Assembly (NCBI GenBank): GCA_038245255.1
Contig: JBBRSQ010000001.1
Location: forward strand, 2,335 to 66,334
Reading direction: 5' to 3'
Origin: Patescibacteria group bacterium
Lineage (GTDB): Bacteria > Patescibacteriota > Patescibacteriia > Patescibacteriales > UBA12465
Length of the DNA stretch: 64,000 nucleotides
In this document: piece after piece, positions 27,845 to 38,356 of the stretch
Position numbering within the stretch: position 1 is the stretch's first letter
Layout: each line of letters begins with the position of its first letter
Translations under genes and position numbers: made by a program
The notes under the pieces: model-generated
What the model saw: only the letters and a program-made list of their open reading frames with translations
Told to the model about the DNA's origin: nothing
The model's database searches: none

Positions 27845-29833
27845 TTATTGAACCCGCCCTGAACTACTCATGCCCGCGATTTCGTCATCTTCGAGCTTAG
27901 TGGTTTTTGGTCCGGTCTTCGAGTTTATTAAATCTTTCGTTTCGGTGTCGAGCGCGCTAACGCTTGATCCTGTTGAAAGGATTAAAATTTTATTCTGATC
28001 TGCTTCTGAGGGCGTAATGCTGATACCGAATTCAGCCTTGGCTTCATAAACTGACACTGGAAGTCTACCAATGTCCCAAATAACCTGTCTAGTGTTAGCA
28101 TCGTAACGAATACTGCCAACGCCCGTAGAACTTTTTTGATCAAATGATACATTAAGAGGTAGATCATAAACAACCTGGGTATCACTTAGCTCATGTAAAT
28201 TGTTTTTAACAACCCAATAAACTTTAAAGCCTGTTGTTTCACCTACTTTTGGAGGCAACGGACCAGAACCGACTGGTTGATTATCATTATTAAAATATAA
28301 AATTTGCTCATCTAAACTTAAATCACTATTTAGACGAGAAACGATCGTGTTGCTTTTATTGTCTCCACTTTTGGCTGTTTGATTATTTACACCGTATTGT
28401 CCATAAGAAGTGATGCTCAATTTTTTCCCTAAGTCGCTTTCTTTAAAATTTAATAAATTAATTGAGAAACTAATCTCGCCTTCTTCATTTGGTTTTATTT
28501 GAGCTAACGCCGGAATTTCGTTCTTTGTCCAAATAATCATATTATCACGAACTTCGCCTCTTTTTGGCATTTTTAAAGAATTAAAGTCTAAAAAATCTCC
28601 CGTTAAAGCCGCCATAATAACCAAATCTTTAAAAGTGTTTTCACCCTTGTTGCTGAATTTTAGGCTATAATTTAATGTTTGACCAAAACTAACAGCCTTA
28701 TCATTTTTATCTCCATTAATTGTCATTGCTAAATTTAGATCGGTTTTTACGAGCTCGGGCATAAAACTTTGTTCCCAAAATACAAACGATTGCCCGTCAT
28801 CTAATCTTTTTTCTAAGCGCACACTGATTTCAGGATTACTTAGTTTAGAAACTATTTTATAACTTAAAGGAATTTCTTGCCTACTTGATTCTTTATTAAG
28901 TCCATTTATTGACCAGTTTGTACCAGAGTTCTTAGTAACTCTAACATTGCCGCTACTAGTTGAGGTGCCCTGCTTTGAATCTGGCAAAGATACAACTTGT
29001 GGATTTGTTTCATCAGGCAGAGAAAAACTTAAATTAAAATCGCCCAAGTAATTATCTTTAACATCAGATAAAATTAAAGTCATTATATTATCTTGATCAA
29101 GAAAGGCGGTGTTACTATAATCAAGGCTAATATCAAAGCCTGGTCCGCTAACTATCGTAGAAGCCGAAGCTTCCTTTTTAAATTGACTCGAATAATTTAA
29201 AGGCACATAACTTAAACGCCCGGAAATAATATTAACCGATTGCGGTTTATTAATTAATTTTCCAGTAATTGTAAGGGATCCGCTAGAATTCGCCGTTAAG
29301 TCCGGCAAGGTCCAGCCATAATTTCCATTTTGGGGCGCAATCGAACTCGTTATAAGAATAAAATTCTCAGGATATTGTATCTCTAAGTGTATTTTTGTCA
29401 ATGTAAATTTACTAGGATTAGAATACTGAACTTGATAGGAAAATTCCTCACCGGCAATAACCTTATCGGGCGCATTAATTGTTATTTCCAGCGAACTGGA
29501 GTCACTACCATTATCGAAAAAATATAAATAGGCAAAATATGCCATCCCGGCCAGAAGAGTAATTAATAGAATATTTTTAAAGAATCTGACAATCAAAAGT
29601 TGACGATGTCTAATCTTCATTTTACGAACATCGACAAATTCCCCTTTTTTATCTTTATAAATTTCATTTAAATTCGTTTCTATTTCTTGATTTCTGGCTT
29701 CACGACCAATTACTCTTTCAAAACTGGCAACTTCTTTATCGCTCGGCATCGGTCGTTCAACAAAGGCTGATAAACTTGACGAAGCTTCTTTATCAACCCT
29801 TAACATTTTTTTAATTTTTTTTTCTTCTGCCAT
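27845..29833 (-). CDS. hypothetical large single-pass membrane-anchored extracellular protein
   Basis: 662 aa with one TM near residue 90 and a long beta-rich extracytoplasmic region. No motif recognised. Confidence 0.5.
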   Translation of the reverse strand: MAEEKKIKKMLRVDKEASSSLSAFVERPMPSDKEVASFERVIGREARNQEIETNLNEIYKDKKGEFVDVRKMKIRHRQLLIVRFFKNILLITLLAGMAYFAYLYFFDNGSDSSSLEITINAPDKVIAGEEFSYQVQYSNPSKFTLTKIHLEIQYPENFILITSSIAPQNGNYGWTLPDLTANSSGSLTITGKLINKPQSVNIISGRLSYVPLNYSSQFKKEASASTIVSGPGFDISLDYSNTAFLDQDNIMTLILSDVKDNYLGDFNLSFSLPDETNPQVVSLPDSKQGTSTSSGNVRVTKNSGTNWSINGLNKESSRQEIPLSYKIVSKLSNPEISVRLEKRLDDGQSFVFWEQSFMPELVKTDLNLAMTINGDKNDKAVSFGQTLNYSLKFSNKGENTFKDLVIMAALTGDFLDFNSLKMPKRGEVRDNMIIWTKNEIPALAQIKPNEEGEISFSINLLNFKESDLGKKLSITSYGQYGVNNQTAKSGDNKSNTIVSRLNSDLSLDEQILYFNNDNQPVGSGPLPPKVGETTGFKVYWVVKNNLHELSDTQVVYDLPLNVSFDQKSSTGVGSIRYDANTRQVIWDIGRLPVSVYEAKAEFGISITPSEADQNKILILSTGSSVSALDTETKDLINSKTGPKTTKLEDDEIAGMSSSGRVQ

Positions 29834-29842
29834 ATAAATAAA

Positions 29843-32413
29843 TTATTTTTTTTCTATAAGAACTGACCAATATTTATCGGAATTAATCCGATCCCTAATA
29901 TTCCAGCCGTTTTCAGTTTTCATGCTTTCCGGAAAATGCCAAAATATTTTTAAAGACTCAGGTAAATCTAAGTTACTGACAAAATCACTAGCCTTAGCTC
30001 CGGGTTGTTTTTGCACCATCAAGCTATAGGGAGTTAAATCTGCTTGACCAGGATTTAAAAAATTATTCAATTTAGTAATCCAGTCATTTGATTTTACTTG
30101 ATCAAAAAAATTAAAAGGCAAACGATATTTAATCGTTAAAGTAACGCTCTCGCCGGGATCAACCATAACCCAATTAGCAAAAACTGTTTTATTATTTTCT
30201 TCATAGACTTTAGTTCCACTTCCCTCATCAACCAGTGCTCGATTTTCTTTTTCTAAAAATTTATTATTTTCCCAACTCGGATCAGGTTTTTCATCAAAAT
30301 ATTTCTCGTCAGGTATTCTAAAACCTTCAGCCATAAGAAGTTCAGAGCCTTTTGGAACATATACCCTCAACCAATCTACATTTCGAACTCCAGTCATGGC
30401 TTCATTTTTTAATCCAGTATGTGTCCGAGTAATTTTGACTGTATCAATAATTGAACCGTCCATGCTAACTTCTGAATCATGCTCAATTTTTTCCTCCATT
30501 TTTCGATCTGATTTTTGACCAGCGATATTTGTATTTACAACCGAAAGATAATCTCGACTAGTATCCTTTATTTCACCTGCCCAGTTAAGTTTAACGACTT
30601 CAGCTTCAAGATTGGCATCACTAAAATAAAATAAAATCTGTTTTTCCGACATGCTTCTTTCAAACAGGGATAAAATCTTAACTAAACTTTCCTTATTTAA
30701 TTTTTGCGGAAGCGTCTCTATTATCTTGGCCATCAAATCACCAATAATCTTCTTCGGTTTATTTTCAGCATTCACCTCTAATCCTTGCTTAATCGGTAAA
30801 TCTGACTTCACCTCGCTTGAACTTGAGGGAACGCCAATGACTGCCTCGGGATTAGTTAGCGCCAGATTCTTTTGCTCAACAACTTTTTGAACGACATCCC
30901 AAAAATTATTAGAATCGATAACTAATCCATATTCCTTGCTCAAGTCAATCGGGCCAGTAATCTCTAGTAAACCTTCAACGACAGTAGGAGTTAAACTAAT
31001 AACGCCATCAACAGTTGGCCCATCACTTTTTTCGTAAAACCACATCAAATTTTGGGCGGTTGTTGGCCAATCAGGCCACCAATTAGCATCCCAAAAATGC
31101 CACAAGGGATTAACAAGCCAAAGCGGTTTAGGAGCAACTACACGAACGTTCATTCCCCCCTCGGTATCGTACGAGCCGCCACCAGGAACTTCTAAATTAC
31201 GAATTTTTCCGTCGCGAATGTCAACTAATGCATAACTACCCAAAAAGCCACCACTTGCTCGAAGTTCAGAATTATTTTGAAAAACTAAAAGATAACGCTT
31301 ATCCTGCGTAGCGCCGAGTATGTCTTTAAATTTTGAACCGGCGCTAACAAAAGTTTCTAAGTTGTTGCTAAGTAAACCGGTCTGTTTTGAAATAGCCAGA
31401 AATTTTTCTTTATATTCATTTGGTAAGTTTTCAGGATTAATAGAATCGAGCTCCTTTTTTAAATTCTTAGAATCTTGAACAGCGAGCCCACCAAAATACG
31501 TAAAGCTATCAAGTGCCTTAGAAAAACTCTCTTTATTCTCCGCAAATAAACTATCAGTTGCTAAAACTAAATTTCTCCCTAAAGATGAGGCAATTTCACC
31601 GGCTCGTAGAAATTTTTTACTTTCAGCCGCTAATTTTAATTTAGGATTATTTGAGAATGACGCTAATACTAAGATTGAATCACTAATTTTATTTAAATCT
31701 TCCTGAGCCGCTAAAAAATTAGTACCCGCATTTTGAAATTGAGTATCAGCCGATTTAAGATCCATTTTCGAAACGGAATCAGTCGCTGCCAATAAGTTAT
31801 TAACGGCCAACTGCGAATTACCGAGAATCTTATTTTCCAGTCCACCAAAATCAACAAATTCAAAATAAGATAATAATTTAAGCGGAACAATAATTAGCAA
31901 TAATACCAAAACAAATGAAAAAATTGATCGATACCAGATAACTTTTACTTCTGCTAGCTCCCGCTTTTTATCAATTTCTTGATATTTTTTAGCTCGACTT
32001 ATGTTTATCTTCGTTTGCTTTTTAAAAATTTCAAATTGCTGCAAATTAACCTTCGACCAAAGACTCTTGTCTCTAAAAAAGGAATTTTTAAACGCGAGCT
32101 TTTGAAAAAATCCTCCAAAATTATTTTTCTTGCGAACTTTAATCTTAAAAGTTTTCTGGCTAAACTTTAGTAAATTTGGTTTAAATCTTTTTGTTTTATT
32201 TTCTAAAATTCTTAACTCTTTATTCAACTTTTTTGAAACAACTTCTTTTTGATCAACTAACTTATTTTTAGTTAGAGTGAACTTATTTTCAATCTGTTCA
32301 ATATCCTCTGTCGCAAAAGTTTTTAGTCTAGTTCTCAAATCAACAACAAAACCAGAACGATCATTTAGACTTTCAGAATTATTGATATTCAGATTTGTTT
32401 TTTTGTTAGACAT
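29843..32413 (-). CDS. hypothetical giant membrane-anchored extracellular protein
   Basis: 856 aa with one TM around residue 165. Trp-rich segment WHFWDANWWPDWP. Confidence 0.5.
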   Translation of the reverse strand: MSNKKTNLNINNSESLNDRSGFVVDLRTRLKTFATEDIEQIENKFTLTKNKLVDQKEVVSKKLNKELRILENKTKRFKPNLLKFSQKTFKIKVRKKNNFGGFFQKLAFKNSFFRDKSLWSKVNLQQFEIFKKQTKINISRAKKYQEIDKKRELAEVKVIWYRSIFSFVLVLLLIIVPLKLLSYFEFVDFGGLENKILGNSQLAVNNLLAATDSVSKMDLKSADTQFQNAGTNFLAAQEDLNKISDSILVLASFSNNPKLKLAAESKKFLRAGEIASSLGRNLVLATDSLFAENKESFSKALDSFTYFGGLAVQDSKNLKKELDSINPENLPNEYKEKFLAISKQTGLLSNNLETFVSAGSKFKDILGATQDKRYLLVFQNNSELRASGGFLGSYALVDIRDGKIRNLEVPGGGSYDTEGGMNVRVVAPKPLWLVNPLWHFWDANWWPDWPTTAQNLMWFYEKSDGPTVDGVISLTPTVVEGLLEITGPIDLSKEYGLVIDSNNFWDVVQKVVEQKNLALTNPEAVIGVPSSSSEVKSDLPIKQGLEVNAENKPKKIIGDLMAKIIETLPQKLNKESLVKILSLFERSMSEKQILFYFSDANLEAEVVKLNWAGEIKDTSRDYLSVVNTNIAGQKSDRKMEEKIEHDSEVSMDGSIIDTVKITRTHTGLKNEAMTGVRNVDWLRVYVPKGSELLMAEGFRIPDEKYFDEKPDPSWENNKFLEKENRALVDEGSGTKVYEENNKTVFANWVMVDPGESVTLTIKYRLPFNFFDQVKSNDWITKLNNFLNPGQADLTPYSLMVQKQPGAKASDFVSNLDLPESLKIFWHFPESMKTENGWNIRDRINSDKYWSVLIEKK

Positions 32414-33677
32414 GTAAAATCTGATGATAAACGGCTAGTGTTTGATTAGCGCACTGCCACCAACTATATTTTTTAACTTGTTCGAGCCCACTTAAAATTA
32501 AATTCTTTCGAAGATCTTCTTCATCTAAAATCCTGAGAATTTTCTCTAGCATTTCCACTTCATTTTCTGGGTCAAAATACAAAGCCGCTGTGCCTAGTAT
32601 TTCTGGAAGTGACGTGCGATTTGAACTCAGAACCGGGCAAGATCTCGCCATCGCTTCAAGTGGCGGCAAGCCAAAGCCTTCATACAATGAGGGAAAAATA
32701 TAAGCTCTTGCTTCCGAATATAGAACTTCAAGTTGAGCATCGGAGATATAACCAGGGAAAACCACTGGACTATTAATGTTTTCTTTTTGCCAAAGATTTA
32801 AGGCACGCGCGCTTTCATGAACGCGCTTATAAAAATAATCTTCTTTGCCAATTAGCACTAAACGTAATTCCGGTTTTAAATGTAATAATTTTGCAAACAC
32901 TTTTAAGAGCATCTCTAAATTTTTATGGGGATAGGCATTACCAACATATAATAAAAAATTATTATCAATATGATATTGATGCAAGGTTTCCTGATTATCT
33001 AATTTTGCCACAAACAAGGAATCTCTTCCCTTTGCTAAATTTGCAACCCCTTCATAAGTGACGGCAATTTTCTCAGCTTTGACTTTAAACTGCGAAATTA
33101 AATCTTCTTTGGTAAATTCAGAAACAGTTATTATTCTCTTCGAGCGATTAATCGCTGAAAAAATAACGACACGATATGCTAAATTTTTTAAAAGATAAAT
33201 CGTTGGATTAAGCGTCGTTGCTCGGATAGTTGGAAAATGAGTCAAAATTAAATCATGGATAGTGACAACAAATTTACAAGGCGTTAGTAGGGGAACATTA
33301 AAATGCGGAAAGTGAATTAAATCTAGTTTTTCTTTCCAAATATAAAAAGGCATTTTAAGCTGTTCCTGCCAAGAGTACCAAGGAATATCAAGACATACTT
33401 TTTTTACATTTTTTTGCTCGCAAACAAACTCATCAAAATTTTCTGCACTTAAAAAAATAACAAAATCAAAAACCCCATCCGAGCCTGCATCATTATTTTC
33501 AGATGCATCTGTGAGATTATTAGCACTGCTAATTTTAATAATGTTATCGACCACTTCTTGTGTATAGCGACCCAATCCTTTTCCGATTGGACCATAGAAA
33601 CGGGCGTCAATTCCAATACGCATTTTAATAAATTTAAGCAAACGGTAAATTAGGCGGTGGCCCTGACGATTTATCAT
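32406..33677 (-). CDS. glycosyltransferase family 4 (GT-B)
   Basis: E-x7-E-like motif SLYEGFGLPPLEAMARSCPVL. Confidence 0.8.
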   Translation of the reverse strand: MINRQGHRLIYRLLKFIKMRIGIDARFYGPIGKGLGRYTQEVVDNIIKISSANNLTDASENNDAGSDGVFDFVIFLSAENFDEFVCEQKNVKKVCLDIPWYSWQEQLKMPFYIWKEKLDLIHFPHFNVPLLTPCKFVVTIHDLILTHFPTIRATTLNPTIYLLKNLAYRVVIFSAINRSKRIITVSEFTKEDLISQFKVKAEKIAVTYEGVANLAKGRDSLFVAKLDNQETLHQYHIDNNFLLYVGNAYPHKNLEMLLKVFAKLLHLKPELRLVLIGKEDYFYKRVHESARALNLWQKENINSPVVFPGYISDAQLEVLYSEARAYIFPSLYEGFGLPPLEAMARSCPVLSSNRTSLPEILGTAALYFDPENEVEMLEKILRILDEEDLRKNLILSGLEQVKKYSWWQCANQTLAVYHQILHV

Positions 33678-35067
33678 TTACTTCTGAATTAATTAACTGG
33701 GACTCTTGATCATTTTTAGTATTAAAGCCTCGGAAAATATCAGCCGGTAAAGGTTGATCTTCGTCGGCCATTGGTAAAGACGACGGCGCATCTGCTTTAC
33801 GACCGGGAGCTTTTTGAATTAACGGCGATTTAACGTTAGCTTCAATTGGAAAATGCCATAAGGTCGCAAGTTCTGCCGTATTAAGTAAAAATGGTTTTCG
33901 CCCATAGCCAGATCGATTAACGTAATTTCGAAATAATTTTTTCTTTTTCTTAATTAAGCGTGGCTCTTTCATGAAATAAACAGTTTTTGTAAATGTTACC
34001 GACAAATCTGGCTTAAAACTATTTAAATCATTAGCCATAAACTGTTTAATATAACCAACAAAACCACTAAAGACTTTGGCTTTATTCATGACATCCTTTT
34101 TGGCAATATATACTACTCTAACTTTAGTTAGAAAGCCCTGTTTAATCGATTTGAGATGCATAGCTTCAACCTGCCTTTGTTCCTTTGGTGTTAAATCCAT
34201 CATTGTCCTCTTGTCGTCTTTATCTTTTGGTTTACCATCTTCAACATCTTGCCAAATTGGAAAAATAACCTCACTCGCATCTCCGAGTAATTCTAAACCT
34301 TTATTAAATAAACTCGGTTTAGACTTTTTCTTACGTCCTAATATTTTATCTAACTGATCCTCAACCGTTTTTACCCAATCAAAGCCAGTTGGCATGACTA
34401 TCATCTGAAACCATAGCTGTTCGCCTTCACGAAGCGATCCGCAAAGGTCCATTAATGAGGCCATTGGATCTTTAAACTGTGTCTCTAGCGGCCCAGTTTT
34501 AGTTTCAAACTCTTCGTAGGTTTTAATAGGAAGATACCATGGATTTTGCAAAATAAATTCTGAACCAAAAATATCCCATTCTTCGTCCGGATATTTCTGC
34601 GGAACGGTTTCGGTATAATCATCTACTTCCGAAATCTCGGCATCAGGGTATTGTGAATAAACCGAAGATTCAACTAAATTACGAAACTCAAGCGGGGTTC
34701 TAATTAAAAACTGAGTATAGCCTTCAAGGCTGACAATTTCATAACTAAAAGATTTTTGAAAGATTCCTTGAAACCATTTTTCGTAAAAATTTTGCGACCC
34801 ATGAGCGCCACCTAAATATGTAAACATATTTTCAACCGCTTTTGGCGACTGTTCATTTCCTTTTGGAATATCAATTGCTAATAAAATTGATTTATGGGTT
34901 TTACTCCATTTCATTTGCACATAATACAACCAAACATCGCGGGCCCCAATTAAAAAGATGATCCCTAAAATCAGCCAGCCGAAATTAAAGAAAAACGCCC
35001 AAAACATCTGCTCTGGAGGCAGGTTAAAAAACCGTTCAAAGCCGGCCGTGTTAATAACTATATCCAT
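33634..35067 (-). CDS. hypothetical membrane protein in the glycosylation locus
   Basis: N-terminal TM hairpin and a large soluble domain. No motif recognised. Confidence 0.45.
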   Translation of the reverse strand: MDIVINTAGFERFFNLPPEQMFWAFFFNFGWLILGIIFLIGARDVWLYYVQMKWSKTHKSILLAIDIPKGNEQSPKAVENMFTYLGGAHGSQNFYEKWFQGIFQKSFSYEIVSLEGYTQFLIRTPLEFRNLVESSVYSQYPDAEISEVDDYTETVPQKYPDEEWDIFGSEFILQNPWYLPIKTYEEFETKTGPLETQFKDPMASLMDLCGSLREGEQLWFQMIVMPTGFDWVKTVEDQLDKILGRKKKSKPSLFNKGLELLGDASEVIFPIWQDVEDGKPKDKDDKRTMMDLTPKEQRQVEAMHLKSIKQGFLTKVRVVYIAKKDVMNKAKVFSGFVGYIKQFMANDLNSFKPDLSVTFTKTVYFMKEPRLIKKKKKLFRNYVNRSGYGRKPFLLNTAELATLWHFPIEANVKSPLIQKAPGRKADAPSSLPMADEDQPLPADIFRGFNTKNDQESQLINSEVNDKSSGPPPNLPFA

Positions 35068-35116
35068 AATTTTTCATTATATTAACATCTATATTTTAGC
35101 ATATTTTTAAGATAAA

Positions 35117-35155
35117 ACAAAAAATCCGACTTCATTTAGTCGGATTTTTTAATAT
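35117..35155. terminator. bidirectional Rho-independent terminator
   Basis: A6 run, stem aatccgac/gtcggatt (8 bp), then T6 run. Confidence 0.7.
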
Positions 35156-35179
35156 GTTTCAAATTTCTTCAGTTTTCTA

Positions 35180-36220
35180 TTACTTAGACCACTCTTTTAA
35201 TCCATAAGTACCACGATTAACAAGCTCGTAGCGGTCATCAAGAATTAGCTCATTATGGACAGTGGCGGCATTAGCTGTTTTCTTGTCAAATTTCATTTCA
35301 TTGATCCTTTTAGCAATTTCAGTAAAATGAAGTGGTTTTGCCTCATGTTTCAAAATTAAATAGATTTTATCATTAACGGTTTTTGGTTTAATTTCTTCCC
35401 AATTAGCTATTCCCCATTCGCCATATTTATTTTGTTCAAGATTTTTAACAGCTTGCATTAAAGAGTATAGGATTTTGTTGTTATTTATAAGTGCCGCTTT
35501 GTCTGGAAAAACCTTACTTTTGAAAATAGGCGAAATATCAGTTTCGCTTGGTAAACCAGCAACTAATAAATGTTTATTATAGGAATCCAACTTCTTTAAC
35601 AAATCGAGCAATTCTTCAGTAGTATAAGTTTTTTGCAAAGTTTCAACTTTAGCAAGTAAATCATCGGCTAATACTTCCAAGTGTTTATATTCTTCATCTT
35701 TTGATTTAAAAGATGGATTAAACTTACCATGATCTTCTATTAACTCTAAGTCGTCGCCCATTAGTTTAGAAATCAAAAAATTAAAATGATTTCGATAAGA
35801 AGCGCGGCTTTTTTCATAATCTGGTTTTTCGGCACTACCCTCATTATTAAGTTCAAGTGATAGAACGGTCAAAATATCCAAAAGATAGTCTCGTCGAATT
35901 AAACCACCATGCTCAGTTAAAAGACTCTGAACAGTTTCTTTTAAAACAGCCAGCGAGCTCTCAAGTGACTCGAGCTTCTTTATCTTTTTAATACTAGCCG
36001 ATTCAATTTGACGAACTCTCTCACGAGTTAGTTTATGAAGACCACCGATCTTTTCGAGAGTTTCACCTTTATCACCTTTCAAACCGAAGCGACGAGATAA
36101 AATGTCCTTTTCTCGATCAAGTAACTCAGAAAATAAGGAATTAACAATATTAATGGCGTCAAGACGAGCCAATTCCTCAGATTTCTCCTCCTTAATCATT
36201 TTCTCTAATAAATTTTCCAT
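35180..36220 (-). CDS. protein with an N-terminal sigma-70 region-4-like HTH and a ~250-aa C-terminal domain of unknown function
   Basis: Residues ~35-90 (ILSRRFGL...ETLEKIGGLHKLTRERVRQIESASIKKIKKL) match sigma70 region 4.2. There are no region 2/3 motifs. Confidence 0.6.
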   Translation of the reverse strand: MENLLEKMIKEEKSEELARLDAINIVNSLFSELLDREKDILSRRFGLKGDKGETLEKIGGLHKLTRERVRQIESASIKKIKKLESLESSLAVLKETVQSLLTEHGGLIRRDYLLDILTVLSLELNNEGSAEKPDYEKSRASYRNHFNFLISKLMGDDLELIEDHGKFNPSFKSKDEEYKHLEVLADDLLAKVETLQKTYTTEELLDLLKKLDSYNKHLLVAGLPSETDISPIFKSKVFPDKAALINNNKILYSLMQAVKNLEQNKYGEWGIANWEEIKPKTVNDKIYLILKHEAKPLHFTEIAKRINEMKFDKKTANAATVHNELILDDRYELVNRGTYGLKEWSK

Positions 36221-36269
36221 ATAAAAAAATAGAATGTAAGTTCTTTTTAATTACCCTTAATCTATCATA

Positions 36270-37265
36270 TTATTTTATATTAGTCAATACCTTTCTATTC
36301 TCATTAATCCAAGTGTACTCTTTTAAAAGAAATTGTTCTAATATTAGTGAAAAAGTCGCAAATACAATAACTTGTCCAACAATAAGGAGCTTGCTTAAAA
36401 AATCCTGACGCGCCCAATGTTTGACAAATATTAGATGTTGGTTTCTAAATGACCAAGCTCGAACTTGACGACTTTTTTTAAAACGACCGAGTAATTGTTT
36501 GACTATTCCGCCTCTGGCAGCCGCAGCTGTCCGGTCATGATACACTATCGCGGTCGGCACTAGAGTCGATTTTGCTTTTATTAGCCATAGGCGATAAGCG
36601 AGGTCACAATCCTCTTTATACATAAAAAAGCGTTCATCAAAATACTGATCATTTTCCTTTATTTTTTCTAAATAGCTAAGACGGAATAAGCCGGCTGCGC
36701 CTGAAGGACAAATAATGAAAGAGCGATCGAATCGTTTATCGTCCACTTGGCCCTGACCCAAATCACGAAAACGAAGTCCTGTTTTTAAAATAAGTCCACA
36801 GGTATCGATAATACGAGTTTTAGTGTTGGTGACAAAATCCCAACGCCTAACTTTTGGACTAGCAGAAGCAAATTCCTGATTTTTATCAAGCGCTTTGACC
36901 AGTTCTGAAATAGTTTCTTTTTCCAAAATAGTATCAGGATTGATGACCAAAAAATACTCTGCTTGGAGACGAACAGCCGAGCGAATTAGAATATTATAAG
37001 CGCGGCTAAAACCGAGATTGCCGGCTGCCTGTAAATATTCCAGGAAGTCTTCATTTTTAAAATTAAATGCCTCAAGTAAATCGCGATTGAGTTTATTGCC
37101 TTGGTCACTATTATCAAAGGCTAAAACTCGATAATCAAGGGCGGGTAAAAAAGATAGAGCCAATTTTAAACTTGGCAAAAAATCTTTTAGATACTTCGCG
37201 CTTGAATCATTGTAAGTTATGAACCCAACTACTAATTTCATAATATATATTGACAAATGTAACAA
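36270..37265 (-). CDS. glycosyltransferase family 2
   Basis: N-terminal GT-A motif VVGFITYND with DxD-like segments. Sits within the sugar locus. Confidence 0.7.
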   Translation of the reverse strand: MLHLSIYIMKLVVGFITYNDSSAKYLKDFLPSLKLALSFLPALDYRVLAFDNSDQGNKLNRDLLEAFNFKNEDFLEYLQAAGNLGFSRAYNILIRSAVRLQAEYFLVINPDTILEKETISELVKALDKNQEFASASPKVRRWDFVTNTKTRIIDTCGLILKTGLRFRDLGQGQVDDKRFDRSFIICPSGAAGLFRLSYLEKIKENDQYFDERFFMYKEDCDLAYRLWLIKAKSTLVPTAIVYHDRTAAAARGGIVKQLLGRFKKSRQVRAWSFRNQHLIFVKHWARQDFLSKLLIVGQVIVFATFSLILEQFLLKEYTWINENRKVLTNIK

Positions 37266-37333
37266 AAGGGCTTATATTTTTTTTAAGAGAAAAATTTTGT
37301 TCTTTTTATCTAAAATAAACTAATTTTTTTGTC

Positions 37334-37579
37334 ATGACCTGTTCGCTAACCAAGACTGAAGAAGAATTCTATGTCGATGCCGAAAGTAAAATTAAGAATA
37401 TTATCGATTGCTCAGAAAATGAAAACGATGCAATTCGTAATATAAACTTAAGCGGCCAAGGCACTTATTACAATCTAGATTGTAATGCCAGAACTGGTGC
37501 CTTTTCATTTTTTGTTAAATTGATTTTTTCGGAAGATAAATACCGAAAAATAAAAATAATGAAAAATTTCAAAAAATGA
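37334..37579 (+). CDS. hypothetical small protein
   Basis: 81-aa ORF alone on the + strand between - strand genes. No motif recognised. Confidence 0.3.
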   Translation: MTCSLTKTEEEFYVDAESKIKNIIDCSENENDAIRNINLSGQGTYYNLDCNARTGAFSFFVKLIFSEDKYRKIKIMKNFKK

Positions 37580-37629
37580 CTGAGAACCAAAAGAGGAAAT
37601 AGATTTATTCTAGTGCCTCTTTTTTATTT

Positions 37630-38355
37630 TTAAATAAGCATTTTATCAGCCATTTTTTCCTTAGCAAAATTTTGTGCTTTCAGTAAACTATCGAAAGTGC
37701 CGGCATCAAGCCATTCCCCTTTTACTTCGGCTACCTCAAGTTCATTCTTTCCTAAAAACCAATTATTAACATCAGTAATTTCTAACTCTCCGCGATCGCT
37801 CGCTTTCATTTGGCGAGCGACATCAATTACGCGCTTATCATAAATATAAAGCCCCGTAACCGCATAGTTACTCAAGTATTCCTTTGGTTTCTCAACTATT
37901 TTTTCAGCTTTCATTTGGCTATCGAACTTTACGACTCCAAATCTTTCTGGATCACTTACTTTTTTAGCAAAAATCTTGGCACCACTTTTAAAATTTTTAA
38001 TTTCTTCACTAAAATCATCTTCAAAAATATTATCCCCCAAAATCATAACCACATCTTCTTTGTCAATAAAATTTTCACCAATTAAAAAAGCTTGAGCCAG
38101 TCCTTCTGGTTTATCTTGAATTTCATAAGTGAACTTAACGCCGAATTCCTTTCCCGAACCGAGCAAATTTAAGTAATCACCGGCTCTTTCTGGAGCGACA
38201 ATTATTAAAATCTCTTTAATACCTGCTTTTATTAAAGTATTAAGAGGATAATAAATCATGGGCCGATGATAAATTGGCAGTAATTGTTTGCTAGTAATTT
38301 TCGTTAAGGGGCGCAAGCGTGTGCCAGAGCCACCAGATAAAATAATTCCTCTCAT
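37630..38355 (-). CDS. rmlA: sugar-1-phosphate nucleotidyltransferase (RmlA / glucose-1-phosphate thymidylyltransferase-like)
   Basis: MRGIILSGGSGTRLRPLT signature. Confidence 0.85.
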   Translation of the reverse strand: MRGIILSGGSGTRLRPLTKITSKQLLPIYHRPMIYYPLNTLIKAGIKEILIIVAPERAGDYLNLLGSGKEFGVKFTYEIQDKPEGLAQAFLIGENFIDKEDVVMILGDNIFEDDFSEEIKNFKSGAKIFAKKVSDPERFGVVKFDSQMKAEKIVEKPKEYLSNYAVTGLYIYDKRVIDVARQMKASDRGELEITDVNNWFLGKNELEVAEVKGEWLDAGTFDSLLKAQNFAKEKMADKMLI

Positions 38356-38356
38356 A

